This document shows, piece by piece, positions 8,890-17,008 of a stretch of 64,000 nucleotides of DNA. Made by a program: the position numbers and the translations under genes. A model generated the notes under the pieces. The model had not been told where the DNA came from, made no database searches, and saw only the letters and a program-made list of their open reading frames with translations. The stretch comes from an uncultured Candidatus Saccharibacteria bacterium (lineage in GTDB: Bacteria; Patescibacteriota; Minisyncoccia; Phycocordibacterales; JAACPR01). The stretch covers positions 135,379 to 199,378 of the forward strand of contig CAZVRT010000001.1 in NCBI GenBank assembly GCA_964630375.1. The letters are read 5' to 3'. Positions within the stretch are counted from its first letter, which is position 1. Each line of letters starts with the position of its first letter.

Positions 8890-9933
8890 ATGAAAGATAT
8901 TTCAGAAAAAGATCTGTATAGCCGACTTCTGGCTACACACAACGCTTTGTCACACCTCAAAACCGAGACAAGTCATCGCAGGCACAATTTCGAAAACGAT
9001 TTCCGTTCAGTCGGAGATCCTTTTATCCACGACCTCTCTGCGATTCTTTGTTCAAAATCGTATCGCAGAATGTCGGGAAAGAATCAGGTGGCTTCGGCTC
9101 CTTTCTTGCCGCATGTTCGTAATAGGATGACACATGTTTCTGAGGTTGTTGCACATTCTATTCGGACGGCTAGTCATCTTGGACTTAATACGAATCTGGT
9201 ACAGGCAATTTCAGCTGGCCATGACATCGGGCATGTTCCATTTGGTCATCAAGGTGAGCATTATTTGCAAACCAGAATTGGGAAAGGATTTTGTCACGAG
9301 CTTATGGGTGTCATTGTGGCTCAGCATATCGAAAGAGGAGGTGTTGGTCTTAATCTGACCCATGCAACTTTGGACGGTATGTATAGGCATTCTGGCAAAA
9401 ACACTTCGGAAAGCATGACGCCAGAGGCTTGGGTCAATCGTTATGCGGACAAGATCGCGTATCTTTTTGCTGATTATAACGATTTTATTCGCATGCAGTG
9501 GCACTGTGCTCCTGAGCTGGTTGAAACGATGGAGTGGTTTGGACACAATCAGCGAAGCAGAACCATCCGGACGATGCTGGCTCTTTGCGAAGAGTCCGCT
9601 GAGTCAGGACGAGTTATTTTCGAAAACTCCGAACCTGCTCAGAAATTCAATCATCTTCGATCTTTGATGTATCGGGAGTATGAAAGAGTGGTGGAGCAAG
9701 ATGTTTCGGCGCGGCTAGATCCGATTTATGAAATTCTCGAAAGAAGTGGAGCCATTCCGGCTTGGCTGGGAATTGCTTTGCTTACCGACGAAGAAGTGTG
9801 TCGTCTGAATTCAGAACACCGAATGATGAATTGGAAGAGTTTGATGGATACAGGACTGGGAGAGATTCTCAGGAAAACCACTCCAGAAAAACTTTTTTCG
9901 ATTGATCCGATGAATCTTGATTTGGATTGGTGA
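8890..9933 (+). CDS. dgt: HD-domain deoxyguanosinetriphosphate triphosphohydrolase-like protein
   Basis: RMTHVSEVVAHSIRTASHLG ... AISAGHDIGHVPFGHQGE is the classic dGTPase-family HD motif. The gene is markedly GC-richer than surrounding DNA and ends with TGA. Confidence 0.8.
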   Translation: MKDISEKDLYSRLLATHNALSHLKTETSHRRHNFENDFRSVGDPFIHDLSAILCSKSYRRMSGKNQVASAPFLPHVRNRMTHVSEVVAHSIRTASHLGLNTNLVQAISAGHDIGHVPFGHQGEHYLQTRIGKGFCHELMGVIVAQHIERGGVGLNLTHATLDGMYRHSGKNTSESMTPEAWVNRYADKIAYLFADYNDFIRMQWHCAPELVETMEWFGHNQRSRTIRTMLALCEESAESGRVIFENSEPAQKFNHLRSLMYREYERVVEQDVSARLDPIYEILERSGAIPAWLGIALLTDEEVCRLNSEHRMMNWKSLMDTGLGEILRKTTPEKLFSIDPMNLDLDW

Positions 9934-9940
9934 ATTTGTG

Positions 9941-9971
9941 CGGACTCCGGTCCGTTTTTATTTTTAAAGTT
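9941..9971 (+). terminator. Rho-independent terminator after dgt-like gene
   Basis: cggac-tccg-gtccg hairpin followed by tttttattttt. Confidence 0.65.
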
Positions 9972-10052
9972 GAAGGCGGATTAAAATACATTAAAGAGTA
10001 GTTAAAGTCCAGAATTATTGTATTTAAGCAAAAAAAGAATTAGAGTGTACAA

Positions 10053-10514
10053 ATGGCTCGATTATTGGGAATTGATTTTGGTGAAAAAAGAGTTGGTTTG
10101 GCGCTTTCGGATGAAGGTGCGAGGCTGGCTTTTCCTCATACAATTTTGCAAAATAACAAGGATTTACTTGATGAAATCGCAATTATTGTTGAAGAATATC
10201 AAGTTGAAAAAATCATCATCGGCGATTCTAAAGATTTCAGTATGAAAGAAAATAGAATTATGCAGGATGCGCGAGATTTTGCCGAAGAGTTTCAAGAAAA
10301 ATTTTCTGCCAAAAATTCTGCGGCAGATACGGAAGAAAAAAATAAAAAAATTGAAGTTGTTTTTCATCAGGAATTTATGACTTCGATGCAAGCAGAAAAA
10401 ACTCATTTCCAATTATCAGAGAGACACAAAGATCGTGGGGTGCAGAAAGGTAAGAATATCGATGCACAAGCCGCTGCAATAATTTTACAAAGTTATATTG
10501 ATTCTAATAAATAA
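10053..10514 (+). CDS. ruvX: Putative pre-16S rRNA nuclease / Holliday junction resolvase-like YqgF (RuvX)
   Basis: MARLLGIDFGEKRVGLALSD is the canonical YqgF N-terminus with a catalytic Asp. Confidence 0.8.
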   Translation: MARLLGIDFGEKRVGLALSDEGARLAFPHTILQNNKDLLDEIAIIVEEYQVEKIIIGDSKDFSMKENRIMQDARDFAEEFQEKFSAKNSAADTEEKNKKIEVVFHQEFMTSMQAEKTHFQLSERHKDRGVQKGKNIDAQAAAIILQSYIDSNK

Positions 10515-10535
10515 AAAATAATTTAAAATAAAAAC

Positions 10536-10964
10536 ATGTCAGACACACAAGATTTAAATACACAAAATTTAGAAAGTACAGAACAAACATCAGAAGTTGT
10601 CGAAGAAACAGTTGAGATAAAAGAAGAACCGAAAATTTCAATTGATCAATGTAAAGCGGTTGAAATAAAAATTGGAAAAATACTTTCTGTGGAAATTGTT
10701 CCTGATGCAGATAAACTTTTGAAACTTTCTGTTGATATGGGAGAAGCACAACCGCGGCAAATTCTTTCTGGAATAAGAATGTATTTTGAAGACCCTCAAA
10801 TTCTTGTGGGAAAGAAAGTTCCGTTCGTTGCAAACCTTGCGCCTCGGACAATTCGTGGACTTGAATCAAACGGAATGATTCTTGCTGTAAACGACAAAGA
10901 TGGAAATGGATTTTCTTTGCTTGAAGTCGGAGAAAATATTTCTGCTGGAAGTTTGGTCGGTTAA
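10536..10964 (+). CDS. Stand-alone tRNA-binding protein (Trbp111/CsaA-like, MetRS C-terminal-like OB domain)
   Basis: IGKILSVEIVPDADKLLKLSVDMGEAQPRQILSGI...VGKKVPFVANLAPRTIRGLESNGMILA is the EMAP/Myf tRNA-binding OB-fold signature, preceded by an acidic N-terminal tail. Confidence 0.7.
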   Translation: MSDTQDLNTQNLESTEQTSEVVEETVEIKEEPKISIDQCKAVEIKIGKILSVEIVPDADKLLKLSVDMGEAQPRQILSGIRMYFEDPQILVGKKVPFVANLAPRTIRGLESNGMILAVNDKDGNGFSLLEVGENISAGSLVG

Positions 10965-10985
10965 TTTTTTTAGCTAAGAATTTTT

Positions 10986-12005
10986 TTGTTGTATAATGTT
11001 TTTATGCAACAAAAAATAAAAAAACAATCTTTGTTTTTTAAAATTTTTCCTGTTCCAAAATTTCTTTCTTTAGATCCAGTTGGGATTGATATTTCTTTGC
11101 GTTCAGTACGTGCGATTAGATTTAAACATTCAAAATATGGATTGATACCAGACAAATTCAAAGAAGTTTTCTTAAAAGAAAAATGTGAGCTTTTGGAAAA
11201 TAGGGAAGATTTATCTGAGTGTGGTGAGCTGCGATATGCGCTAAGGGATTTAAAAAGATCGCTTAATTTAAAATACGTTTCTTTCTCTATGCCTGAGTTG
11301 AAGACTTATATTTTTAATACAAGCTTGCCTTTGGAAGCCTTGAAAAGTATAGACGACGCTTTGATTGTTAAACTGCAAGAAAATATTCCTCTTGATCCAA
11401 GCGAAATTATTTATGATTACACAATTTCTCGTATTGATAGAAACAGATCAAAAATTGATGTGGCGGTAACAGCTTTACCAAAAAATATTATAGAAGTTTA
11501 TACTGAGTTGATGAAACAAGAAGGATTAGTTCCTGTTGCTTTTGAATCTGAAAGCGAATCTGTTGCTCGTGCTGTAATTTCGGAAGACGATAAAACCCCT
11601 TATTTAATTGTTAATTTCGGAAATGCAAAAATTAGTTTTGCGATTGTTGAAAACGGAATTGTTCAATACACTTCTTCTTTGCCATTTCCGACAGAATCAG
11701 TTTTGAAAGATTTTGGTTCTCAAGAAGCACAAATTTTGAAATCGACTTTGAATAAACTTTTGATTTATTGGTTTACAAACAAACACAATGTTGGTTCTGA
11801 TGAAAAAATTACAAATCTTATAATGACAGGATCATTTGCGGACGCGCCTGGGCTGGCGGTTTTTCTTGAACAACATCTTCATGTTTCTGTTAGTGTGGCT
11901 GATGTTTGGAAAAATTGCTTTGATATAAGCGAATATGTTCCGGAGATGGATAAAAAAACTGCATTAAAATATGGAACTGCAATCGGATTAAGTTTGATGA
12001 AATAA
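10986..12005 (+). CDS. pilM: Type IV pilus assembly ATPase-like protein PilM
   Basis: VGIDISLRSVRAIRF and an actin-like ASKHA fold pattern (LIVNFGNAKISFAIVENG) in a 339-aa ORF. An alternative ATG start lies at 11004. Confidence 0.65.
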   Translation: MLYNVFMQQKIKKQSLFFKIFPVPKFLSLDPVGIDISLRSVRAIRFKHSKYGLIPDKFKEVFLKEKCELLENREDLSECGELRYALRDLKRSLNLKYVSFSMPELKTYIFNTSLPLEALKSIDDALIVKLQENIPLDPSEIIYDYTISRIDRNRSKIDVAVTALPKNIIEVYTELMKQEGLVPVAFESESESVARAVISEDDKTPYLIVNFGNAKISFAIVENGIVQYTSSLPFPTESVLKDFGSQEAQILKSTLNKLLIYWFTNKHNVGSDEKITNLIMTGSFADAPGLAVFLEQHLHVSVSVADVWKNCFDISEYVPEMDKKTALKYGTAIGLSLMK

Positions 12006-12006
12006 A

Positions 12007-12549
12007 ATGCTTAAACTTTTACTGAAAGAAGAAAAAAGAGAAATCAAAATCGAATATGGAATTCGCTTTTTAACAATTCTTTTCTTTGGAATTTCTTTTG
12101 TTTTGATTTTATTTTTAATATCTTTAATTCCAAGTTTTTTTGTTTTGAAAATTGATAAAGATGTTTTGGTTCAAGAGTTAAGTGTTGCTCAAAACAGCGA
12201 ATTAAATGAAGATAAAAAAAGATTGAGAGAGAAATTGCAATCACTTCAAAGCACTTTAAATATCGTTGATGAGCCGACAACTGAAATTTCTTATTACATT
12301 CAACAAATTACCGATCGTCAGCCGAGAAATGTGAGCATATCAAGTATAGGTTTCTCAAAGGAAAATTCTAAAAAAGTTATCCTTTTACAAGGAAACGCAA
12401 ACAGCCGAGAAAGCTTAGCTTCTTTTACCGACTCTTTGGAAATGGTTTCTGAGTTTGAATCAGTGAATCTTCCTTTTTCTAGTTTTGCGAGAGGTGCTGA
12501 TATCCCTTTTTCAATTACAATAAACTTGGTTGATAAAAATGAAAAATAA
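12007..12549 (+). CDS. pilN: PilN-like bitopic membrane protein
   Basis: Short cytoplasmic N-terminus, single TM, periplasmic coiled-coil. Immediately follows pilM. Confidence 0.5.
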   Translation: MLKLLLKEEKREIKIEYGIRFLTILFFGISFVLILFLISLIPSFFVLKIDKDVLVQELSVAQNSELNEDKKRLREKLQSLQSTLNIVDEPTTEISYYIQQITDRQPRNVSISSIGFSKENSKKVILLQGNANSRESLASFTDSLEMVSEFESVNLPFSSFARGADIPFSITINLVDKNEK

Positions 12550-13108
12550 AATTCCAACAAAAAAATATTTGATACTTTCAATTTTGAGTTTGGTTATTGT
12601 TGTTGCTATTTCTGTTTTTGCAATAATTTTTATTAATTCGGAAAAAGCAAAAGTAACAGAACTTTCAAATGAACTAATGATTGCAAGTAGAGAAGATGTG
12701 GTGGCTTTGAAACGTGCTATAAGAAATTATGAAACAAGTGCAGATGCGGTCGCTGATTTATTGGTTGATAAAAATGATGTTTTTTCTTTTATAAACGAAG
12801 TTGAGTTGTTGGCAGAAAACAGCGGCGCGGAAGCTGTGGTGGAAAATATTGATTTGTTTGATGTTGTAAAAAATGGAGAACTGGTTAGATACGATGGAAA
12901 AGAAAACCCAGAAAGAACTCATGGAAAATTTTTGATGAATATGAAAGTTGATGGAAGTTGGGAAGCGGTTGCTGGATTTTTATTGAAAATGGAAAACTTT
13001 CCTAAACACACATTAATTGATGCATTAAGATTAAATTCGGTTATTGATCCAGAAACACAAGCACAAACATGGTCTGCGAATTTTAATATAATAACTACAA
13101 CAAATTAA
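12530..13108 (+). CDS. pilO: PilO-like bitopic membrane protein
   Basis: Single N-terminal TM plus a coiled-coil domain, overlapping pilN in an operon arrangement. Confidence 0.45.
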   Translation: MIKMKNKIPTKKYLILSILSLVIVVAISVFAIIFINSEKAKVTELSNELMIASREDVVALKRAIRNYETSADAVADLLVDKNDVFSFINEVELLAENSGAEAVVENIDLFDVVKNGELVRYDGKENPERTHGKFLMNMKVDGSWEAVAGFLLKMENFPKHTLIDALRLNSVIDPETQAQTWSANFNIITTTN

Positions 13109-13465
13109 ATGTTTGAATTAAAAAGCAAAAGTAATAACGATAAAATAAAACCAAAGAAAACAATTTTTTTGTTTGGCGATTCTGTTGAGCGAGATTGGAT
13201 AATTTTGATTTCATTTTTATTTTTTATTTTAATTGCAGGATTGATTTTTTCTTGGTTTATTTTTAATTCAATTAGCTCAGAATCAGTTTTGACCGAAGAA
13301 GAATTTCGGCAAAGAAGTTCTTTGAAGATAGACACAGAACAACTTGATAGGGTGGTTTCAAATTTGAATAAAAAGAAAGAGATATTTGAAAGTTTAACCA
13401 GCGTTCCTGTTGAAGAATCATCTGCAGATTTAGGAGAATTGCCCGAAGAATTAAATTTTGACTAG
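13109..13465 (+). CDS. Small bitopic membrane protein, pilus-operon associated
   Basis: ATG directly follows the pilO stop (ttaaATG). One TM helix and an acidic C-terminus. Confidence 0.4.
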   Translation: MFELKSKSNNDKIKPKKTIFLFGDSVERDWIILISFLFFILIAGLIFSWFIFNSISSESVLTEEEFRQRSSLKIDTEQLDRVVSNLNKKKEIFESLTSVPVEESSADLGELPEELNFD

Positions 13466-13495
13466 TCTGCAATTTATTGGTATGTTGTTATGACT

Positions 13496-13570
13496 GCTCC
13501 CGTAGTTTAGTGGATAGAACAAGGGACTTCTAAGCCTTTAGCAGAGGTTCGATTCCTCTCGGGAGCACCA
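13496..13570 (+). tRNA. tRNA-Arg (anticodon TCT), CCA encoded
   Basis: GCTCCCG acceptor stem, T-arm AGAGGTTCGATTCCTCT, anticodon loop CTTCTAA. Ends CGGGAGC-A-CCA. Confidence 0.8.
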
Positions 13571-13575
13571 GAAAA

Positions 13576-13613
13576 TAAAAAACAGCCTAAATTTGAGGCT
13601 GTTTTTTTATTTT
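13576..13613. terminator. Bidirectional hairpin terminator
   Basis: aaaaaacagcctaaatttgaggctgttttttt is a hairpin flanked by A-run and T-run. It overlaps the 3' end of the convergent minus-strand gene. Confidence 0.6.
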
Positions 13614-14285
13614 AACAATCCCAACAATCAAACTAATAGTCGCTACCAACGCAACAGAAGCAAAACCTTCTTCGTTATTTAGATTGTGAATGTTTATAAA
13701 AAGCGGAACTATCATTGCGCCTGTAGCGATCGCAAGTGTGACCAAAAATTTTACCCGCACTGAAGAAAGAAAAACTTTAAAAGGATTACCGCCGTCTGTA
13801 ATTTGTGCAACCTCATAATTTGCTCTGAAAGCGGGGAACCAAGTTGTCCAAAGCTTATCGCGCACTTCGTAGTCGGTTTTTTCTTCTAGCTTTGCGACTT
13901 TTAGGTGATAAGTTTTTGCCACGATAATATTCACCAAACCAGCCAAACACCAACCGATAAAAATTGTCAGAATTGTGCCGGCAAAAACCCAGTATCCTGT
14001 AATTTGAGAAAGAATTGAAACCACAATAATTAAAGTTGTGCCAGGGAAAAAGCTGCCCACAAAATAAAGACCTTCTATAAAAACCGAGATAAACCCAGCT
14101 AAATAAACATGTTTTTCATCTGCATTTGATAAAAATTTTACCAATTCTTCAACTCCGGGAATTTTTGCATTCAAAAAACCCATTACGCAATATATATAAA
14201 GAGAAACTGCTGACAAAATCCAAACCAGTGCAGAATAATTAAAATGTTTCTTTGGAGTTTCAGTCATTGGCTTAAATAATATCAT
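13587..14285 (-). CDS. DedA/SNARE-associated-like membrane protein
   Basis: AGFISVFIEGLYFVGSFFPGTTL matches the DedA ExxxxxxxxPG motif. Multiple TM helices. Confidence 0.45.
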   Translation of the reverse strand: MILFKPMTETPKKHFNYSALVWILSAVSLYIYCVMGFLNAKIPGVEELVKFLSNADEKHVYLAGFISVFIEGLYFVGSFFPGTTLIIVVSILSQITGYWVFAGTILTIFIGWCLAGLVNIIVAKTYHLKVAKLEEKTDYEVRDKLWTTWFPAFRANYEVAQITDGGNPFKVFLSSVRVKFLVTLAIATGAMIVPLFINIHNLNNEEGFASVALVATISLIVGIVKIKKQPQI

Positions 14286-14327
14286 ATTTACTTTTTTAAA
14301 GATTTAAGTTAATGTTTATACCACTGA

Positions 14328-14400
14328 GGGCGATTAGCTCAGTTGGTAGAGCAACCCGTTTACACCGGGAAGGTCAGGGGTTCGAGTCCCTTATCGCCCA
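14328..14400 (+). tRNA. tRNA-Val (anticodon TAC)
   Basis: GGGCGAT acceptor stem, D-arm GCTCAGTTGGTAGAGC, anticodon loop TTTACAC, T-arm AGGGGTTCGAGTCCCTT. CCA is not encoded. Confidence 0.8.
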
Positions 14401-14407
14401 CAAAATA

Positions 14408-14440
14408 AAAAATCACCCTTTCTTTTTCAAAATCAGGTGA
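14408..14440 (-). terminator. Terminator for the minus-strand genes
   Basis: Reverse complement has a tcacc...ggtga hairpin followed by a T-run, downstream of the 14446 gene. Confidence 0.5.
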
Positions 14441-14445
14441 GGTGC

Positions 14446-14658
14446 TTAAAAAGTCGATAGATAATATTTTTTTCCGTTGTGTTCTTGTTCGGAAAGAATC
14501 GCACCAAGTGTTTTGATTTTTTCTTCTAAATCAGGGTATTCTTGAGTGAGTAGTTTGATTCCAGAATCTCCGAGAGGATATTCATAGACATCAGGATTGT
14601 TGTCCAGATGTTCTATTCCGTCATTTACTTTTTGCTCGAATGTTTTGAATTGTTCCAT
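14446..14658 (-). CDS. Hypothetical small acidic protein
   Basis: 70-aa ORF, co-directional with and upstream-adjacent to the kinase gene. Confidence 0.35.
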   Translation of the reverse strand: MEQFKTFEQKVNDGIEHLDNNPDVYEYPLGDSGIKLLTQEYPDLEEKIKTLGAILSEQEHNGKKYYLSTF

Positions 14659-14699
14659 GTTCTTTTTTAAAATATAATAAGTTTATGTGTCTGTCAAAT

Positions 14700-15434
14700 T
14701 TACTTCTTTCCTAATCTGGTTTCCAAGTTTCTTTTTATTGATTTTATAATAACTAAATCTTTAGGATAGTCTTCAGAAATGTATAAATGATTACCGGAGC
14801 CGTCTGCAGTTTTGTAAATATCTTCAGGTTTGTCATATCCAAAATCATATGTAGCATCTCCAAAATCTATAACAACAGGCACACCTGTTTCTTGGTCTAT
14901 CATTAAATTTCCTTCAGACAAATCACGGTGATGAATTCTGTCATGTGTATGCATTTCATTTAAGAATTTCTCAAGTTCAGAAAAATATTCTTCCAAATTA
15001 AATTTCTCAGGAATTAAAGAAGGATTTTCATGAGCTTGCTTTAAGGTTATTCCATTAATTCTACTCATCAAAAGAGCATCTACTCTTCTGTCTGAAGAGT
15101 CTTCAAAAGATATATACCCGATAACTTCAGGTAGTTTTACTTTTGTTGTTGTTTTGCTGGCTTTTTCCATAAATTCACCTTCTTGCTTTGGTGAATTAAA
15201 ACGAGGTTTGCTTGTGTCTTCATATAAATCATTCATTCTTGATTCAGAAATAATTTTTATACATAGTTGAGTATTTTCTTCTGACCAATATGAAACTTCT
15301 GCGGTTTTTCCTTCTCCCAAAAATCTTTCTTTTGAATCAGTGGTTTCGTGAATGAAAGATATAAGTTTTCTTTCTATTTCTTCAGCTCGACTGTCTTTCT
15401 TTTCTCTAAAAGAGAAGTGTTCTATTTGTTCCAT
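14700..15434 (-). CDS. RIO-type atypical serine protein kinase-like protein
   Basis: LGEGKTAEVSYW glycine loop, CIKI (VAIK-like Lys), HRDLSEGNLMI (RIO HGDLSEYN-type catalytic loop) and VIDFGDA (DFG) in a 244-aa protein. Confidence 0.6.
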   Translation of the reverse strand: MEQIEHFSFREKKDSRAEEIERKLISFIHETTDSKERFLGEGKTAEVSYWSEENTQLCIKIISESRMNDLYEDTSKPRFNSPKQEGEFMEKASKTTTKVKLPEVIGYISFEDSSDRRVDALLMSRINGITLKQAHENPSLIPEKFNLEEYFSELEKFLNEMHTHDRIHHRDLSEGNLMIDQETGVPVVIDFGDATYDFGYDKPEDIYKTADGSGNHLYISEDYPKDLVIIKSIKRNLETRLGKK

Positions 15435-15483
15435 GAGTTAATAATAACTTAATTTACTTTTAAAATAAAAAAGCGGTTGCCCG

Positions 15484-15780
15484 CTATTCTCTGAAATGAA
15501 GTCGACTTGGAAATTTTTTCCAGATTTCCCAAAGAGACAATAGTGAAAGTAATTCTTTCTCTGTGATGCGCATTTCTCCAATTTTCTTGTAAGATTTTGG
15601 AGAAACCATTCTAAATTGTTGATGAGTTCTACAGCTTCGGATTGTTTCGAAACACCCAAAAAGAGGTATGATTTCTTTTTTCTTTCTCCCTGTGACGTTG
15701 AGTTCTTTGGGGAGTTTGGTTTTTTTGTCCAAAACAATCTCACAGATTTCTTTTGCGTTTAGGTATTTTGACATATTCAA
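15484..15780 (-). CDS. Hypothetical protein
   Basis: 98-aa ORF. An alternative overlapping frame exists at 15438..15743, so either could be the real gene. Confidence 0.25.
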   Translation of the reverse strand: MNMSKYLNAKEICEIVLDKKTKLPKELNVTGRKKKEIIPLFGCFETIRSCRTHQQFRMVSPKSYKKIGEMRITEKELLSLLSLWEIWKKFPSRLHFRE

Positions 15781-15852
15781 GATCGGGTTTGTTTAATCTA
15801 TTTTTATTTCATTAAATATTAAAAGTCAATAAAGTAATATATAATTTTAAAA

Positions 15853-16611
15853 ATGAGCCAATCTAATGAAAATCTTTTTGAAAAAATAGAAGTTTTGTAT
15901 GAGACTGAAGATATTGTCGCGATAAATAAGCCTGCGGGACTGGTTGTTCATTCGGATGGAAAAACAGAATTTAAAAATCTGACTGATTGGATTTTAGAAA
16001 AATATCCAGAAACTGAAAAAGTAGGGGAGCCAATTCAGCTTAATAAACAAGGAAAAGAAATTATGCGTCCAGGGATTGTTCATCGATTGGATAAGGAAAC
16101 TTCAGGTGTGATGTTGATTGCTCGAACTCAAAAAGGTTTTGAAAATTTAAAACAACAATTCCAAGATAGAACGATTCAGAAAAATTATCATGCTTTTGCT
16201 TACGGAAACATTCGAGAGGAAATTACTATTATTGATAAACCAATCGGCAGATCTTCAAAAGATATTAGAAAATGGACTTCACTTCGTGACGCAAGAGGCC
16301 AAATGCGAGATGCTCTGACTTTGGTTAGGGTTTTGGGCAGAGGCAAAACTAATGGTGAAATTTTTACATATTTAGAAGCTGAGCCAAAAACAGGGCGAAC
16401 ACATCAAATTCGTGTTCATTTAAGAGCAATTGAAAAACCGATTATTTGCGATTCTCTTTATGCGCCAAACCGAGATTGTTTGCTTGGTTTTGATCGATTG
16501 GCTCTTCATGCAAGGCAAATTTCTTTTTTTGATATGGATGGTGAAAGAATTACTCTAGAAGCGGATTTTCCGGAAGATTTTCAAAAAGCGCTCAAGTGTT
16601 TACATAATTAG
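15853..16611 (+). CDS. RluA-family 23S rRNA/tRNA pseudouridine synthase
   Basis: GIVHRLDKETSGVMLIA has the catalytic Asp in the HRLD motif. GRTHQIRVH is the C-terminal RluA motif. Confidence 0.8.
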   Translation: MSQSNENLFEKIEVLYETEDIVAINKPAGLVVHSDGKTEFKNLTDWILEKYPETEKVGEPIQLNKQGKEIMRPGIVHRLDKETSGVMLIARTQKGFENLKQQFQDRTIQKNYHAFAYGNIREEITIIDKPIGRSSKDIRKWTSLRDARGQMRDALTLVRVLGRGKTNGEIFTYLEAEPKTGRTHQIRVHLRAIEKPIICDSLYAPNRDCLLGFDRLALHARQISFFDMDGERITLEADFPEDFQKALKCLHN

Positions 16612-16902
16612 TTAAAATTGATAAATTGAGATTCGGATATGGTGCGTTCTCATAAACTATCGAGTTGGCGGCGAGCATTTCCAAGACACAGTGTCATTGC
16701 TGCAAATTGGGTGTTTGTCCGGAAGCTTATCGCAAAAATAAATTGCGATGGGAGACAACAAGAATTTCGAGGCCAGAAATGGTACTGACCTTGAAAAGTC
16801 GGCAGGCCCGACATAGAAAGGAGGAACTTTTCTAAGTTGCGCTACGCGAGCTCGTTTCTCGCGGAATGCAGATGCAGGGCTAAAAATTCTGTAGCAAAAG
16901 GC

Positions 16903-16945
16903 GCCGGCGGACGAAGTCCGCCGGCGCCTTACAACTTTTATTTTT
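16903..16945 (+). terminator. Strong GC-rich hairpin terminator
   Basis: aaggcgccggcggac-gaa-gtccgccggcgcctt is a perfect 15-bp stem, followed by acaacttttattttt. Confidence 0.6.
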
Positions 16946-17008
16946 CTATTTAATTAAACCCTCAAACACTTGCTCAGATAAACACTTTATGTTAGATTAA
17001 CCCAACTT

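Noticed and set aside
7284-9971. Looked for a direct repeat of the tRNA-Ser 3' end that would delimit an integrated element.
   Set aside because: No partial copy of GGAGTTCGAATCTCCCCCCCTCC is seen downstream to 10.0 kb. The island hypothesis therefore rests on composition and gene content only.
15438-15743. 101-aa ORF overlapping 15484-15780 on the same strand in another frame.
   Set aside because: The two mutually exclusive frames cannot both be genes. I kept one as a low-confidence call, and neither has recognisable motifs.
16620-16945. Tried to assign the GC-rich non-coding region to tmRNA, RNase P RNA or SRP RNA.
   Set aside because: There is no tRNA-like T-arm (GGTTCGA...) and no ALAA-type tag frame. 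The RNase-P-like fragments (GAAAAGUCGGCAGGC, CCGGAAGCUUAUCG) occur in the wrong 5'-3' order. The SRP helix-8 match is limited to GUCCGGAAGC without the AGCAGC/GGCAG partner. Left as an unclassified candidate.
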